Assembly (NCBI RefSeq): GCF_018350175.1
Contig: NC_058368.1
Span: 133,736,001-133,800,000, forward strand
Reading direction: 5' to 3'
Source of the DNA: Felis catus
Lineage: Eukaryota
DNA: 64,000 nucleotides
Below the pieces are notes generated by a model. It had not been told where the DNA came from. It did no database searches and saw only the letters and a list, made by a program, of their open reading frames with translations. The position numbers and the translations under genes were made by a program. Shown in pieces: positions 38,811 through 51,568 of the stretch. Numbering within the stretch: position 1 is the first letter of the stretch; each line of letters opens with the position of its first letter.

Positions 38811-41800
38811 CAGCACAAAGGTGCCCTGTTCAAGTCCGCCTATAGGCCCGCTCTCTGCAAGTGCTTTTAAGTTTCCTTTTTTTCCGAAGGGGGAGAAGAG
38901 GCGCTTTTTCCATTTCACTTCTTTTCCTTGTATGTAGATACCAAAAGGAAACACGGCACTGGGCATGTTCGGATGTTGAATGGTTTGCTGATAAGCAGCA
39001 GCCTCCCGGAACCGAAGCCTTAAAATAGTCGTCGCCCTCCCCTCCCACCCCCCGCAGGAGCTGCAAATGGTATCTGCCAAACAGATGACAAAGTACCTTG
39101 GACTGAATCACACACAGACAGCATTTTGTGCAGAACGCACGGCCCAACTCTTGTAATTACTGTTTATAGCTGCCCAGGGCTGACCAGGAGAGGGCAAACC
39201 CGAGAGGAAATAAGTTTCCTGAGCCTTGGAGAAATGGCTGTGTGTTAATTAAAGGCTAGGGGTACTTCTCAGACAGGCTCCAAGTTCTTGAGATCACAGT
39301 TCACAGCACGTTTCCTCTGGAGGGAGTGAGTAGATAATTGGGATTTTTTTTTCTTTTTGTTTTTTTCTTTTTGTTTTTTTTTTTTCTTTTTCCGTTCTCC
39401 ACCCCCCGCCTCCTCCCTCCCTGGTCTGGCCTTATGGCCTTGAACCCGCAGTGAATTGAAGAGAGAACGAAATGGATATGTCTGACCCCAATTTTTGGAC
39501 TGTGCTCTCAAACTTTACTTTGCCTCATTTGAGGAGTGGGAACAGGCTTCGGCGAACACAAAGGTAAAAACCGCGGGGATACTTCGCCTGGAGAAGGGAA
39601 TGTGTTGGCTTTGGAGGCGGCCAGACTGCCTTAACAGCTGGGGTTCTGTTTAGACGGTGGCAGTTTGAAAAGTTTCTGCCCTGCCAGGGGGCCGCTGTTT
39701 CAGGTATTCTGTCATCCTCGTGGATTTCCTGGGTAATCCCGATGGCCTGTACTTCCAGAGTTGTTCTCCTTTTGAAATGTGGTTCAGGAGGGGAAGGGCT
39801 GTGAGTGGAGGGGAGAGAAATAGAGGAGGAAGATACTTTGTCTCTCTGATGGGATCTTTTCCAGCCCTTTCCTTCACCCAGACGTCCGAGGACGCTTCTG
39901 CTGCTTTTTGTAGAGCCTCTCAGATGTTACCTTCTAGTAAAGACTTGACCTTTATAAGGTGCAGATGTGCAATGCAAAGAAAGCTCAAGTTAGCCTGTTT
40001 CCTATTGTCTGTTTAAAAGAGACAGGTCCGCGTAACTTTGCCGTTGTTTGTTTGTTTGTTTGTTTTTGTTGGTTTGCTGACATTTATTCCTAATACAGGT
40101 TGGCCTTTTCAGTTGGTAAAATACCTGACAGAATAGGTGGAGGCAAAGACAATTTTAAGACCAGGATGAAGCTGGTGGCAAAAGTGAAAGGCAGTTCCGA
40201 GATTGAGGGAAGATGATTTTAAAGGAAGTGTTTCTCTTCTGTGCCTTGCGTCCGGCACAGAAAGGTGGCATCGTTGTGGTTTTACAGGGGCATACCTTCT
40301 GAGTTGCTTAAATGTAGATTCTTAGTTTTTCTTCCAAACTTGACTTGGACATACACGTGCTCATATGTGCGTAAGAGCAGCGGTGCGGTCAAATAAACAG
40401 GATGCTGGCTATCAGATTTGGAGCTTCTGAATCTCTGGGCTCCAGTGTCTTAGGAACACAAGAAAATGGTGTACTCTATTGTTACATCTATAGCATCTTG
40501 TAGTATAAGTTCTGGTACGTAATACTTTGGAAAACTTTGGAAGGTTCCCATGGTATTTCTCAGATTTCAGAAGCATCCTGGAATACTCACAAGTGTCGTG
40601 TTTTGTATATGCGCATGCACACACACACACATATAAAACACACACGTGTATGTCTGACACTGAGTAGATTTTAAAGTCATACTACCTTTAATGCAATTTG
40701 AACAGAGTTGGTACCAATAAACCGTGTGAGATTCTCAAGTTGTGCCATTTACATAAGGTAGCTGTGCTTTTCTTGTTCTGCTATATATATTCAGAGACCT
40801 TATCTTTTGGTGTTGGTCATTTTTGTTCGAGATGTATCATCCATGCACCTCTCCCCCAGCAAAATAAACACAAGTAGTTAGTTGATGAGATAATGCTGTC
40901 TGTGAATAAGACCACCACTTTCATGGCAGGAAAGTCTGTTTCTTACCTTTTCAGTTTGCTGAGGGCCCTTATATTCCCGAGTGGTTTAGTCCTGGCTATG
41001 ATGCAATCCGTACTCTTACCTGGAGCCACTTCTAGAGAGCAGTCTGCTCTGACGTCACACCTGTGTGTCTGAGTCTGAAAAGCAGCTGGGGCCTCTAGCC
41101 ATCTACCTGTTGATAATACTATTGAGCGAATTCTCAGGCCAGTCTGACCCTGACTTTCCAGCCCAGGGGATTCTAGTTCCAGCCCAGAACACGCCAATTC
41201 AGATAGCTCACATGGGCAGAGAGCCCATATTCTGAAGTCACTTAGGTTCTTCCCAGCAAAATGGGAGAGTGTGGGAGGGCTTTCTCTACTCCTTAAGTCA
41301 TAGACCTGTTTTTTTCAGTTCAGGGAAACAGAAAAGGGGATGGATTTTCTTCCCTCCCTTCTATTAGTGTAGGTTGTCACGGCCCGTCTGTTACTGGGGA
41401 TTTCCAGGATTCCCAGAGTTTCCACATATGTGTCTTGAAGATCCTGTCTACACACATCTACTTATTGGTCTCAAAGACCGGCACTACTTTATATTTATTA
41501 TGGAGATTGGGAAACTTGAAGGTCAGGTGTCTTCCGGTCCAGGGCGATGTATGTAGTTGTTGCATTCTCTTATTATACAGTGATCAGTTCCAGCTCTGTG
41601 TCCTTCCCTAAGGACATGTAGCATATGCTTACAGTGGGACTCTTCCCATTCTGTGACCTCCCTTCCCTGCTCTAAATCCTGTCTCCTCCTCCAACCCCCA
41701 CATTAACCCCATTCCTCAGCTGGCTCATCAGGTTCCCTAAATCTGTCCTTTCAAAAAGACCTCGCCATCCTCAGGTTGTCCTTTAGCCAGTCTCATTGTG

Positions 41801-42411
41801 GGTGCGCCTGGTGTTCAGGTGAGGACCCCTTGCCCTCACACTCAGGTCATGTGCCTTAGCCCTGGGCATATCTCTGTGGCGCAAGCCGAGCTTTTCTGAA
41901 CACTTGCCGACTTGGTCTGATGGATCATTCATTTTACGTGTTTTTCCTAGCTACTTGTTCTGATTAATTTAATAACTTCGGGAACCTCATCCTAACCTTT
42001 TCTTTAATATCAGCTTCTTGCATCTATCAGAGACTGAAATCCAGCTTGGAGCATGTGAATGAACATCTTAGAGCTCTTTGGGATGGGATGTTTATACCAC
42101 TCAGACAAAAGAAGGAGAAGGCGAATGGTTTCCCATTCTCGCCTTAAGTCTGTATTGTATGGGCCGTTGTCATCATGGAAGCCTTTTTGGTTTGCTCCGT
42201 CTCATTTGCCTTGCCAGTTCAGCATGGCTTGGTTTGCTCTGTCAGAGGGAAACTTTGAAGTTTTGAAACTGGGCCTGCCTGGGCCTGTAACTTCTAACTC
42301 CCTGAGTTCTTGCACAGAGGATCCTGCAGACCTAATCCCGGGCCTAGATTGTTACACAGTATTGACGAACTGACAGCCTGAATTCCTTATCCTGAATCCC
42401 AAGGACAATTT

Positions 42412-42626
42412 TTTTTTTTTCAACGTTTATTTATTTTTGGGACAGAGAGAGACAGAGCATGAACGGGGGAGGGGCAGAGAGAGAGGGAGACACAGAATCG
42501 GAAACAGGCTCCAGGCTCTGAGCCATCAGCCCAGAGCCTGACGCGGGGCTCGAACTCCCGGACCGCGAGATCGTGACCTGGCTGAAGTCGGACGCTTAAC
42601 CGACTGCGCCACCCAGGCGCCCCCCT
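42412..42626 (-). mobile_element. Young felid Can-SINE
   Basis: CpG-intact body; TSD CAAGGACAATTT at 42400-42411 and 42627-42638. Confidence 0.97.
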
Positions 42627-42966
42627 CAAGGACAATTTATTGTTCCCTTCATTCTTTTTTGTCTTGACTGTGACGGACAGCACTTGTCTGGGTGTACACT
42701 GACTTTGTGTTTTGCCGTAAAGCTCACATATTCCATTGGAAACTGTGTGTTTTTTTGTCATGTCGTTTTCATTTTAAGGGAAATTTTCTTCTTTTAATTT
42801 TATGAAAATTTTTATAAATATTCTGTAAAGTCTTAAGCCCTTCAAAATATCTTTACTTCCTCTTGCCTTGCTGTCAAATTCTTTGAATGATCACAAGTGA
42901 CACTGTCTTAAGGTTTATACTTCTAGGGAAGTTTTGCCTGGAAAATGCCTCATAGCTTCTGCCAGT

Positions 42967-43706
42967 AAACTACTAGCAAATCAAATCTAGCACTGTACAA
43001 AAACAATTATTCATCATGACCTGTTGGTCCCAGGTCTATGCACAGGTGGTTCAACACCAGAAAATCAATCAATGGAATCCATCACATAAATAAGCTAAGT
43101 AAGCATTATCACAGGATCACAGAAAAATCCATTACTCACTCATATGACAAAAACTCTCAGAAAACCGGGCATAGAGGGCCACTTCCTCAAGGCGATGAAG
43201 AATATCTACTTAACACAGCAGTCCTCCCTAATCTGTGGTTCCACTTGGTGCAGTTACCTGTGGTCAGCCACAGTCCCAAAGCAGATGATAGCGACCAAAC
43301 ACTAGGTCACGATGCTTACATCATTCGCCTGACTTCATCTCCTCGCATAGACACTTTGTACATCATCCCGAGAAGAAGGGTGAATACAGTGTAATAAAGT
43401 TTGAGAGACAGGCCATATTCGCCTAATGTTGATTACACTATGTTATAATTATTCTATTTTATTATTAGTTACCGTTGTTAATCTCTTACTGTGCCAAATT
43501 TATGAACTTTATTTTATTTTGGATGTAGAAGAAAATGGTGTATATAGGGTTCGGTACTCTTTGGCATCTTTTGGGCTTCTTCTGGGGGGTTTGAAACATA
43601 TCCCTGTGAATAAAGGGAACGGCCATAGTGAGACACTGGAAGTTTTCCTTGCTGAGATCGGGTAGAAGGCAAAGATGTCCCATCTCATCAAGCACTCCTT
43701 TTCAAC
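42967..43706 (+). mobile_element. Old L1 ORF2 RT-domain fragment split by MER44
   Basis: IIHHD...WFNTRKSINGIHHINK before 43213; degraded [20 protein letters not shown]-like coding sequence at 43625-43706. Confidence 0.85.
43216..43624 (+). mobile_element. MER44/Tigger7 (TcMar-Tigger) non-autonomous DNA transposon
   Basis: AAGAAGGGTGAATACAGT, TTGTTAATCTCTTACTGTGCC and TATATAGGGTTCGGTACT motifs; degenerate terminal inverted repeats. Confidence 0.85.
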
Positions 43707-44285
43707 CAGACGCAGTTTCTTTTTTGATGTCTGCCTTGATCTCCTCTTTCCCTTTCTCATTTCCTCAAGGCTGACTCAGTACAGCCATTCACCTGCTGCT
43801 TTGAGGGACCGAAATCTACAGCTACTTCATGTTACCACTGATGTCAATGACCTTTTTCCCCTGTTGGATTAAAAACTTTTGTGGGGAAGAAGATCAGGCT
43901 TCTCTTTGATTTATATCACATATGTAAAGAGAGGGCTACCATTGATTTATAAGTATTGCTGCTCAGTTTTGAGGTGCGACTTTAGTCTTGATAATACACA
44001 GTCTAGAGAATCTAGAAGATACTCGATTTTTAACCTTAATGGTCAGAAATCTGTCATGTTTTCATTGGGCTGACCTCATGCTATCCAGATCTCAATGACA
44101 CCTAAATTGAGTGTCATTTTCCATGCCAATAAGCACCTTGTGACTCAGTTAATCACTTGGAACAAGTTTCCTAATGTATTTTGCAAGAACCCATGGGCTA
44201 AAAGTTGCTTTGGGGTTTTTTTGTTTTTGTTTTTTCTTTACTTGAAAGTTGTGTACTTTATTATTTCTCAATTTTATTCTTTCAT

Positions 44286-44610
44286 TTTTTTTTTTAACGT
44301 ACATCCAAGTTAGTGGGCATATAGTGTAACAATGATTTCAGGAGTAGATTCCTTAATGCCCCTTACCCATTTAGCCCATTTCCCCCCGCCCCCACAACTC
44401 CTCTAGTAACCCTCTTTTCTCCATATTTAAGAGTCTTTTATGTTTTGTCCCCCTCCTTGTTTTTATATTATTTTTGCTTCCCTTCCCTTATATTCATCTG
44501 TTTTGTCTCTTAAAGTCCTCATATGAGTGAAGTCATATGATATTTGTCTTTCTCTGACTAATTTCGCTTAGCATAATACCCTCTAGTTCCATCCGTGTAG
44601 TTGCAAATGG
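44286..44610 (-). mobile_element. Short 3' end of carnivore L1
   Basis: Highly similar to the reverse complement of 17197-17535. Confidence 0.95.
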
Positions 44611-44904
44611 TTTTTTTTTTAATGTTTTCTTTCTTTCGTTTTATTTTTTTTCTGAATTCATATTACTCAGCAGTTGCTCCGAACAGCAGGTACATTCAGG
44701 GATCTTTAACTGCTGAATGTATTGAATTTTTATGTATGCTTCATCTTCCTTTCAGAAACATCTGTAGTGTTTGGTGAGTTTTTCTTTTTGTTTTCGTCAT
44801 GAATATGTGTCTCTAAAGAGTATGAAGAATACACTTCTCTCTTGTCCTGACATGTGGGGTATTAGTGAATTTGTACCCACCCCTTTTATGGAAAGTCCCA
44901 TTAA

Positions 44905-45790
44905 ATCCACATTTACTGAGCATCTATTGTGTGCCTGGGCACTGCAGCCCCAAGCTGAGTCATAGAATTGCCTTCAGTGAGGACATGCAAATGAATCATT
45001 GCAAACCAGGGTAATAGAGAAGTATTTATAAGGTACATATAAGCTATAGGAGTGGCCAGTGGGGAAGAGAGACTTTGGTCTCAAGGAGCCAAAGGACAAG
45101 CCATATGGAAAAGACAATACCTCAGGGAGGTTTTGAAGGATAGGTTTCTTCTATTTATCAGGCCGAAGGACAGGGCCATCCCAAAGGGCAAAAGAAATGG
45201 TGTGTATGAAGGCACAGTGTCCTTAGCAACAGAGTTCAAGGGACTATACATAGCTCAGTATTGCTGGAGCATAAAAAACCAGAAGCATAACTCAGTATTG
45301 TTGATGCATAAAGTTTGCAGAGGCAATACAGTATACCACAGTGTGAAGAGGGTTGATCTAAAAGCCAGTTCACCTGGGTTTGAATGAGATTGGGCAAGTT
45401 CACTGGACTAGAGTTGCTCCATCTATAAACCGGGGACAGGTAAATTACTTACAGGATTGTTGTAAGGAGGAAAATATGCTCATATGAGTAAAATGCCTGG
45501 CACATAAAAACTATCAGTAGATACTCAGTATTCACATTGCTTCTATCATTACAACAAGGGGATGAGTAGTGGGCGATCAGGCTAAGGATGAGAGTTGAGG
45601 CACTTGCTGTTTGTGGGAGCTTGCTTGGCCTTTACCCAAAAGGACAAAGTCCTATCTGGCAGCTTTGGGGATTTTAGGTCTGTGAGAGGAGGGTGGGACC
45701 TGGAAACCAATGAATGAGTCATTGCAGTAGCCTACCGAAAAGGTTATGCAGGCCTGAGGAAGGAATACGGTGAGATTATGACTTTGAGAG
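44905..45790 (-). mobile_element. Degraded L2 with an embedded MIR (about 45325-45530)
   Basis: CATTTACTGAGCATCTATTGTGTGCCTGGGCACTG (reverse L2 end); TGGGCAAGTT...CATCTATAAAC MIR core. Confidence 0.6.
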
Positions 45791-46029
45791 AGACGAAGGG
45801 TATCAAGTTGATAAAAATTGATGAACCATCGGCTCTGAGAGACCAGGAAACGTTGCATAGTGGCCCTGGGGAATGTGACCTGGGAGATGAAGGAACTACC
45901 TTTACAAAGAGGCGTGGGGGAAGGGAAAACCAAAGAACTTGTACTAGTCTCTTCGATCCCCAGAAGCCTGATTAATCTAATTTATTGAGCATCTAATGTG
46001 TGCTGAATGTAAGGAGTGTACCTTCCTTC

Positions 46030-46370
46030 ACTCAGCCAGTATTCACAGCACCAATATCTTGGGCTGGGCAAGGACTATAGTGGTGAACAAGACAGAGTGC
46101 TTGGGCCTTGCAAATAAACAAGCATCTAAATAAATCAGTTGTCCAATGGTCATCAGTGTTCCAAAGGCTTATAAGTAAGTGCTGAGAAGAGAGAGTAACA
46201 GTGTTGGGGGCTGCTTTAGATCATGTGGTCAGGGAGTGTCTTTTGAGGAGGTAGATAAAACTGAGCAGGAGACCTAAAAACCGTGAAGGAGCCATTGGTG
46301 GGAAGCATTTGGGATTGGCATCTGGGAATGGCAAAGGCTCTGAGGCAGGAAACAAAGATCCCTAGACAGG
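46030..46370 (-). mobile_element. L2 fragment
   Basis: GTGAACAAGACAGA and GTGGTCAGGGAGTGTCTTTTGAGGAGG resemble L2. Confidence 0.6.
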
Positions 46371-48733
46371 CCATTGGGGGTGTGGGTTCAGGGCACCAGG
46401 GAGGCTGGACCAGAAATAATAAGCTTGAGAGTCATCATTAGGGCCATCCGAAAAATAAGGTAGATCAATCTGTGGGAGAATAAGGTTGCTCCATTTAAGG
46501 AGTGGGCAGAGATTCAGATAGGTACAGGTACAGAGACTTGGAGGAGAATCTGGAGTGTTCTCATGGAGCTCCAGTGAGGAGGACAGGCAGCAGTGTCACT
46601 GCACAGAGAGACAACAGGAACATGTGCCTTGTGTCTGACAATGGGGAAGGCATGAGCGACCTCAGCACCAAGAGCAGAGGCAGTGACAGGGTGGGGGTGG
46701 GGCTGGGGCTGAGGCCCAAGAGCCAGGAAATAGTAGTCAAGTGAGGAATCGCAGACCATGGGTGGTAACCACTCTCTGCGGGTAGCTACCTACAGCAGTG
46801 ACACATCATCATGTCCCAGCTCCTGCACATTCACAGCCGGCCCGGCAGCTCTGTTCCCTGAATCATATCCCCTTACTCACTGTTGCTCATTTTATTGTCT
46901 GCCTCATCGCCCAAATGGGCAATGACAGTTTCCTTTTCACCACGTCTCTGGAAGCTCAGGCTCTGTCCACAGCCTTATGAGTACCTCGTCACTTACCACT
47001 CTTGCTTCACATCACAGGCTCTGAGTGCCCGAAGCTCCCTCCCCCTGCCCCCACCACTTTGTCTTTTCAGGAGCTTGAGCTCTGACTCTCCCCGAAGTGT
47101 GTTCCTCTGGAGGCTGAAACCCAGTTCACTCACTGGCTTCCTCTCATCCTGTCCATGCCTGACCTGCAGGCGTGGCCCCTCCCCGAGTCTCTGCACCCCT
47201 TTCCTCCCACTCGGAGCTCTGCCCAGGCCTGTTTCATCAGTGCTTCCTTTCATCCCTCTCCTTTCTTCAAGCTCCAGACTGTGTTCTCTGCCTGCTGGAT
47301 GGGACTGCCAGTCACTGCAGGACTCACCCTTTGGTCTGCCCCTCAGGGTTAGCTCCCACATTGGTAGCATTCCTTGAGACCCTCCCTTGGTGGATCCTCC
47401 TCCCCCAACCTAATAAGGCATCCCCTTAGGGAAGAGCAGAAAGCCAAGTCCCCAGGCCAGGAACAGCCAGCAGCTGTCTGAGTGGTACCTGGGGAGATCC
47501 TGGCCGCCCCACGCCACAGCAGTCTGTGTGTCCTGTACTCTAGTAAAGTTTACCACGTACAAAGGACGTGAGCAGGAATATGCACATGTCGAAAATAACG
47601 CTTTTATTCTCTAGTGTGAAGCTTTCAATAGGAGATTGCAGACTGTTTTGCTCCTTGAATAGGAAGGTCTTTGGGGGTTGAGAGGGAGGGATAGAGAAGA
47701 GAGGAGGAAAGAAATGAGATGGGTGTGTGTGTGTGTGAGAGAGAGTGCAAAAGGAGGATTTAAAAATTAGTTCTTTAAAAATAAACCATTATAATATAAA
47801 GTCTGTGCTCCATGGGCAGGCATGGGCTATTCATTGCTAGAACTTGTCAGCACTAGGAGGAGTATATCACCAAGTTCACAGTGACAGGGTAGAACATTAT
47901 ATGCTTTTATGGCTTTGCTTGGTTCTCTTTACACTTAGATACTGTTACCAGAAGCCTAGGTGATGTCTTTAAAACAAGAGAATCGTACACCTCAAGATGG
48001 AGAGTATCTGCCTTCTGGGCTAAGAACGGAGAGGTGTTGGGGTTAGGAAGTAACTTGAGTCCCTATGTGGAAATGGGTCCTAGAGGAGAAAACTTGGAAT
48101 AGGACTCCTGCATAATTTGGGAGACTGGAAAGAGGCTGATTTCTCCAGGAGATTAAGACTGGAAGTCCCGAGTCCCCGCCTCACCCCCATACACACCCAT
48201 CTTGTGTGAGTGAGCACGCACAAGCTATTTTAATCTGAGCTGTCTTTACGACATGTAACCTAGTCATTTGGGAGTGACGTCATGGTAACTGAGTAATCCC
48301 TTTGAAAGTTAAGTAGTAGAGCCAAGATATTAAAATAGTCCTGGGGCTACCTGGATGAAAGTGGGCACAGGGTGTGTATAAATCCACTTATTAGAGGTGC
48401 AATCTCTATCAGTGGAAGTCTTGAGTATATAATAGCAAACTGGGTTTTTGTGGTACGTGGGACATTGTGTAACTTGAAAGATCTCTAAATAGAAGTTCCC
48501 ATGGTCATTAACACTTAGGTTCTGGTACTTTATTTTCTTTTCCTCTGTCCTGGTAATCAGGAAAGTTCCCTTGTGGACTTGTTTGTAAATTCTGAAAATG
48601 TTGACCCGAAACCTCATTAATAGAACAAGAAGATATGCAGGAGGTTTAACAACATTAATGGCCATTGGACATACTTATTAGAGAAGGTAGTTATGCCAAA
48701 ATCAGACTGAAACATCATATGGTGCTTTTGTTT

Positions 48734-48784
48734 CTTACTTACTTACTTTCTTAGTTACTTACTTACTTACTTACTTACTTACTT
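48734..48784. repeat. (CTTA)n microsatellite
   Basis: Directly visible, one interruption. Confidence 0.93.
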
Positions 48785-50154
48785 TTTTATTTATTTATAA
48801 GGCCTGAGCAGCATTTGAAGGTATAAACAGACTGGTAAGGAGATTAGACAGCCATTAATGTTTATCTCTTAAGCTTCACATTGCTTGGGTTGTTACAGAA
48901 CCCTGACACTTGCTACATTCCACTGACTTGGTGTTCTTAGATTTGTCAGTGGCTCAGATTGTGTTACAGTCTGGGATCCCTTAGGAAACAGTAATTGTAG
49001 GCAATATATAGGCAAAATCCAGATCGTGGCGTATGCTCTGCCACCTACTATTTGTGTTGTGAAGTTCTCAAGTAAGCTTTTAGCTCTTAAAGGTAAGAAC
49101 CAGCTCCGTGTCCCTGGAAACTTTCTAGCGTGATGTGGCATTTCAAACTGCAGATACTTTTGGAGATAACATATTAGTTTCTGAGTGAATCACCTGGGCG
49201 GAGGGAATGAGGAACTGATGACCCTTGCTGAGGTCTCCTAGGGTCATAGAATCAGAAAGAGAAGAAAACTGATGGATTCACCAGGGTCATTTTGCCATAT
49301 GAGTATTTCCTAAAGCTGTCTTTGCTATGCTTTATTCTAATTTTAAACATTACAGTGCATGTCGGTGTCTCAGGACCCTGACTTTGACCTTAGTGCATTT
49401 CTTTCTTGAGTCACTATTAGACTGTTATCCAGCCACTGCCAAACTGATTGGCTGCTAAATTTGAAGAAAATCACTGAATCCATAGCTTGCATAAAAATCA
49501 CCTATGTCCCTTTAACATGCGTAGCTTTTCAAATGCTAGATGATGGATATCTTTAAATTAGAAATCATAAGTATTAAATGTTCTATTTTTACATATACAC
49601 GGAGGGGTTAAGAGGAAGAGGTATGTTTGTCATGGGAGAAACTGCCTGGTGAATAAAGTAGTCTAGGAAATAGGGTAAATGAAACCTTTGTTACTGTAAA
49701 ACAATAGCCATTAAGTGACTATTATGTAATGTTATTTCTTACGGTTCATTTGGAATGGCTTGTTGATCTTGAAACTTGAGATAAAATTCCTGTAAAAATA
49801 CTACTTACATTTGGCTGATCTCACGACTTCTGATACAAAATCAAAGACTTTTCCAAGTAGATTATCTCTGTTAGACACTGAGCTCTAGAGATACTGAAGC
49901 CATGTCAGATAGATTTTTTTTTCCCCCACCTAAAGAGTAATTTTATCCACTTGGTGTTCTCCATTTGAGTACTCATCCAAATAAACACAAATATTTGCTA
50001 ATCCAAAAAATGGTTCATTGTAAAATTAGCCTATGCTTGCTCAACCTCTCCAAAAGGGCACACAGGTGGCAAAACAGCTGATAGGCACATTCACCTAATT
50101 TGACAGTTTGAATGGATGGTGATGAATTTGCATTTTCCATAAAAGATACATTGG

Positions 50155-51066
50155 TTTTTTTTCTTCTCAAATCTTTATTTAAATTCTAGTTAGTTTACAA
50201 ACAGTGCAATATTGGTCTCAGGAGTAGAATTCAGTGATTCATCCCTTATATACATCACCTAGTGCTCATCACAGTAAGTGCCCTTCTTGGTACCCATCAT
50301 CCATCTAGCCCATCCCCCACCCACCTCTCTCCATCAACCCTCAATTTGTTCTCTGTCTTTAAGAGTCTCTTAAGGTTTGTGTCCCTCTCTTTCTCCCTGT
50401 CCCATCTGTTCATATGTTTTTTTTCTTAAATTCCACATGAGTGAAATCTTTTGGTATTTCGTCTTTCTCTGAATGACTTATTTCACTTAACAGGGTCTAT
50501 CTACATCGTTGCAAATGGCACGATTTCATTCTTTTTGATGCTTGACTAATATTCCATTGTATATATACACCACATCTTTTTTTTTTTTTAAGTTTATTAT
50601 TTATTTAGAGAGAGAGAGCGTGCATGTGAGCTGGGAGGGGCAGAGAGAGAATCCCAAGCAGGCTGTGCACTGGGGCTCAAACCAACTTACTGTGAGATCC
50701 TGATCTGAGCTAAAGTCAGATGCTCAAACCAAATGAATCACCCAGGCACCCCTCACCACATCTCCTTTATCCATTCATCAGTCAAGAGCCCATATGGGCT
50801 CTTTCCATAGTTTGGCTGTTGATAATGTTGCTATAAATTTCAGGGTGCATGTACCCCTTCGAATCCATATTTTTGTACATTTTGGGTAAATACCTAGTAG
50901 TGTAATTGTAGGATAGTTCTATTTTGAACCTTTTGAGGAACCTACATACTGTGTTCCAGAGTAGCTATGCCAGTTTGCATTCCCACCAGCAGTGTGAGAG
51001 GGCTCCCCTTTCTCTGCATCCTCACCAATACCTTTTGTTTCTTGTACTGTTAATTTTAACCATTCT
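50155..51066 (-). mobile_element. 5'-truncated carnivore L1 3' fragment
   Basis: Similar to the reverse complement of 16600-17530; possible TSD GATACATT at 50145-50152 and 51067-51074. Confidence 0.93.
50578..50753 (-). mobile_element. Can-SINE inserted in L1
   Basis: TSD CACCACATCT at 50568-50577 and 50754-50763. Confidence 0.93.
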
Positions 51067-51339
51067 GATACATTCTTAAGCAAAGGAAGTTTTTATGTTA
51101 GATCTCAAATGGCCTCAGGGATCAATAGCAGAACTCAGAGGAAGGGGTAATTCAGGGGTGTTTTAAGTCATAGTTCTTATGGTAGATTTGCCAAAATGAG
51201 CTTCTATGCTTACAAATTATAATTTTCTATATGTTTTAGTATTGGATATTTGGGGTTAGATGTTTGGACCAGAGAGTTAATAAGGGATAATTATTGCCAT
51301 TATTTTCACTGTGACCTATAAAATTTGTATATAACATTC

Positions 51340-51568
51340 TTTTTCTTTTTTCTTTTTAATTTTCTTTTCTTTTTTTATTTGAGAGAGAGAGATAGACAGA
51401 GAGCAAGCAGAGGAGGGGCAGAGAGAGAGGGAGACACAGAATTGGAAGCAGGCTCCAGGCCCTGAGCTGTCAGCACAGAGCCAGACGTGGGACTCGAACC
51501 CACAGACCACGAGATCATGACCTGAGCTAAAGTCAGCCGCCCAATTGACTGAGCCACCCAGGTGCCCC
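51340..51568 (-). mobile_element. Can-SINE
   Basis: Full body; flanks TATA(A/G)CATTCTTTT. Confidence 0.95.

Noticed and set aside
38565..39080. 171-aa ORF on - and other ORFs over the CpG island
   Set aside because: No recognisable domain; GC-rich sequence gives spurious ORFs on both strands
46883..47377. 164-aa Ser/Leu/Pro-rich ORF
   Set aside because: Composition reflects pyrimidine-rich DNA; non-ATG start, no recognisable homology or convincing splice sites
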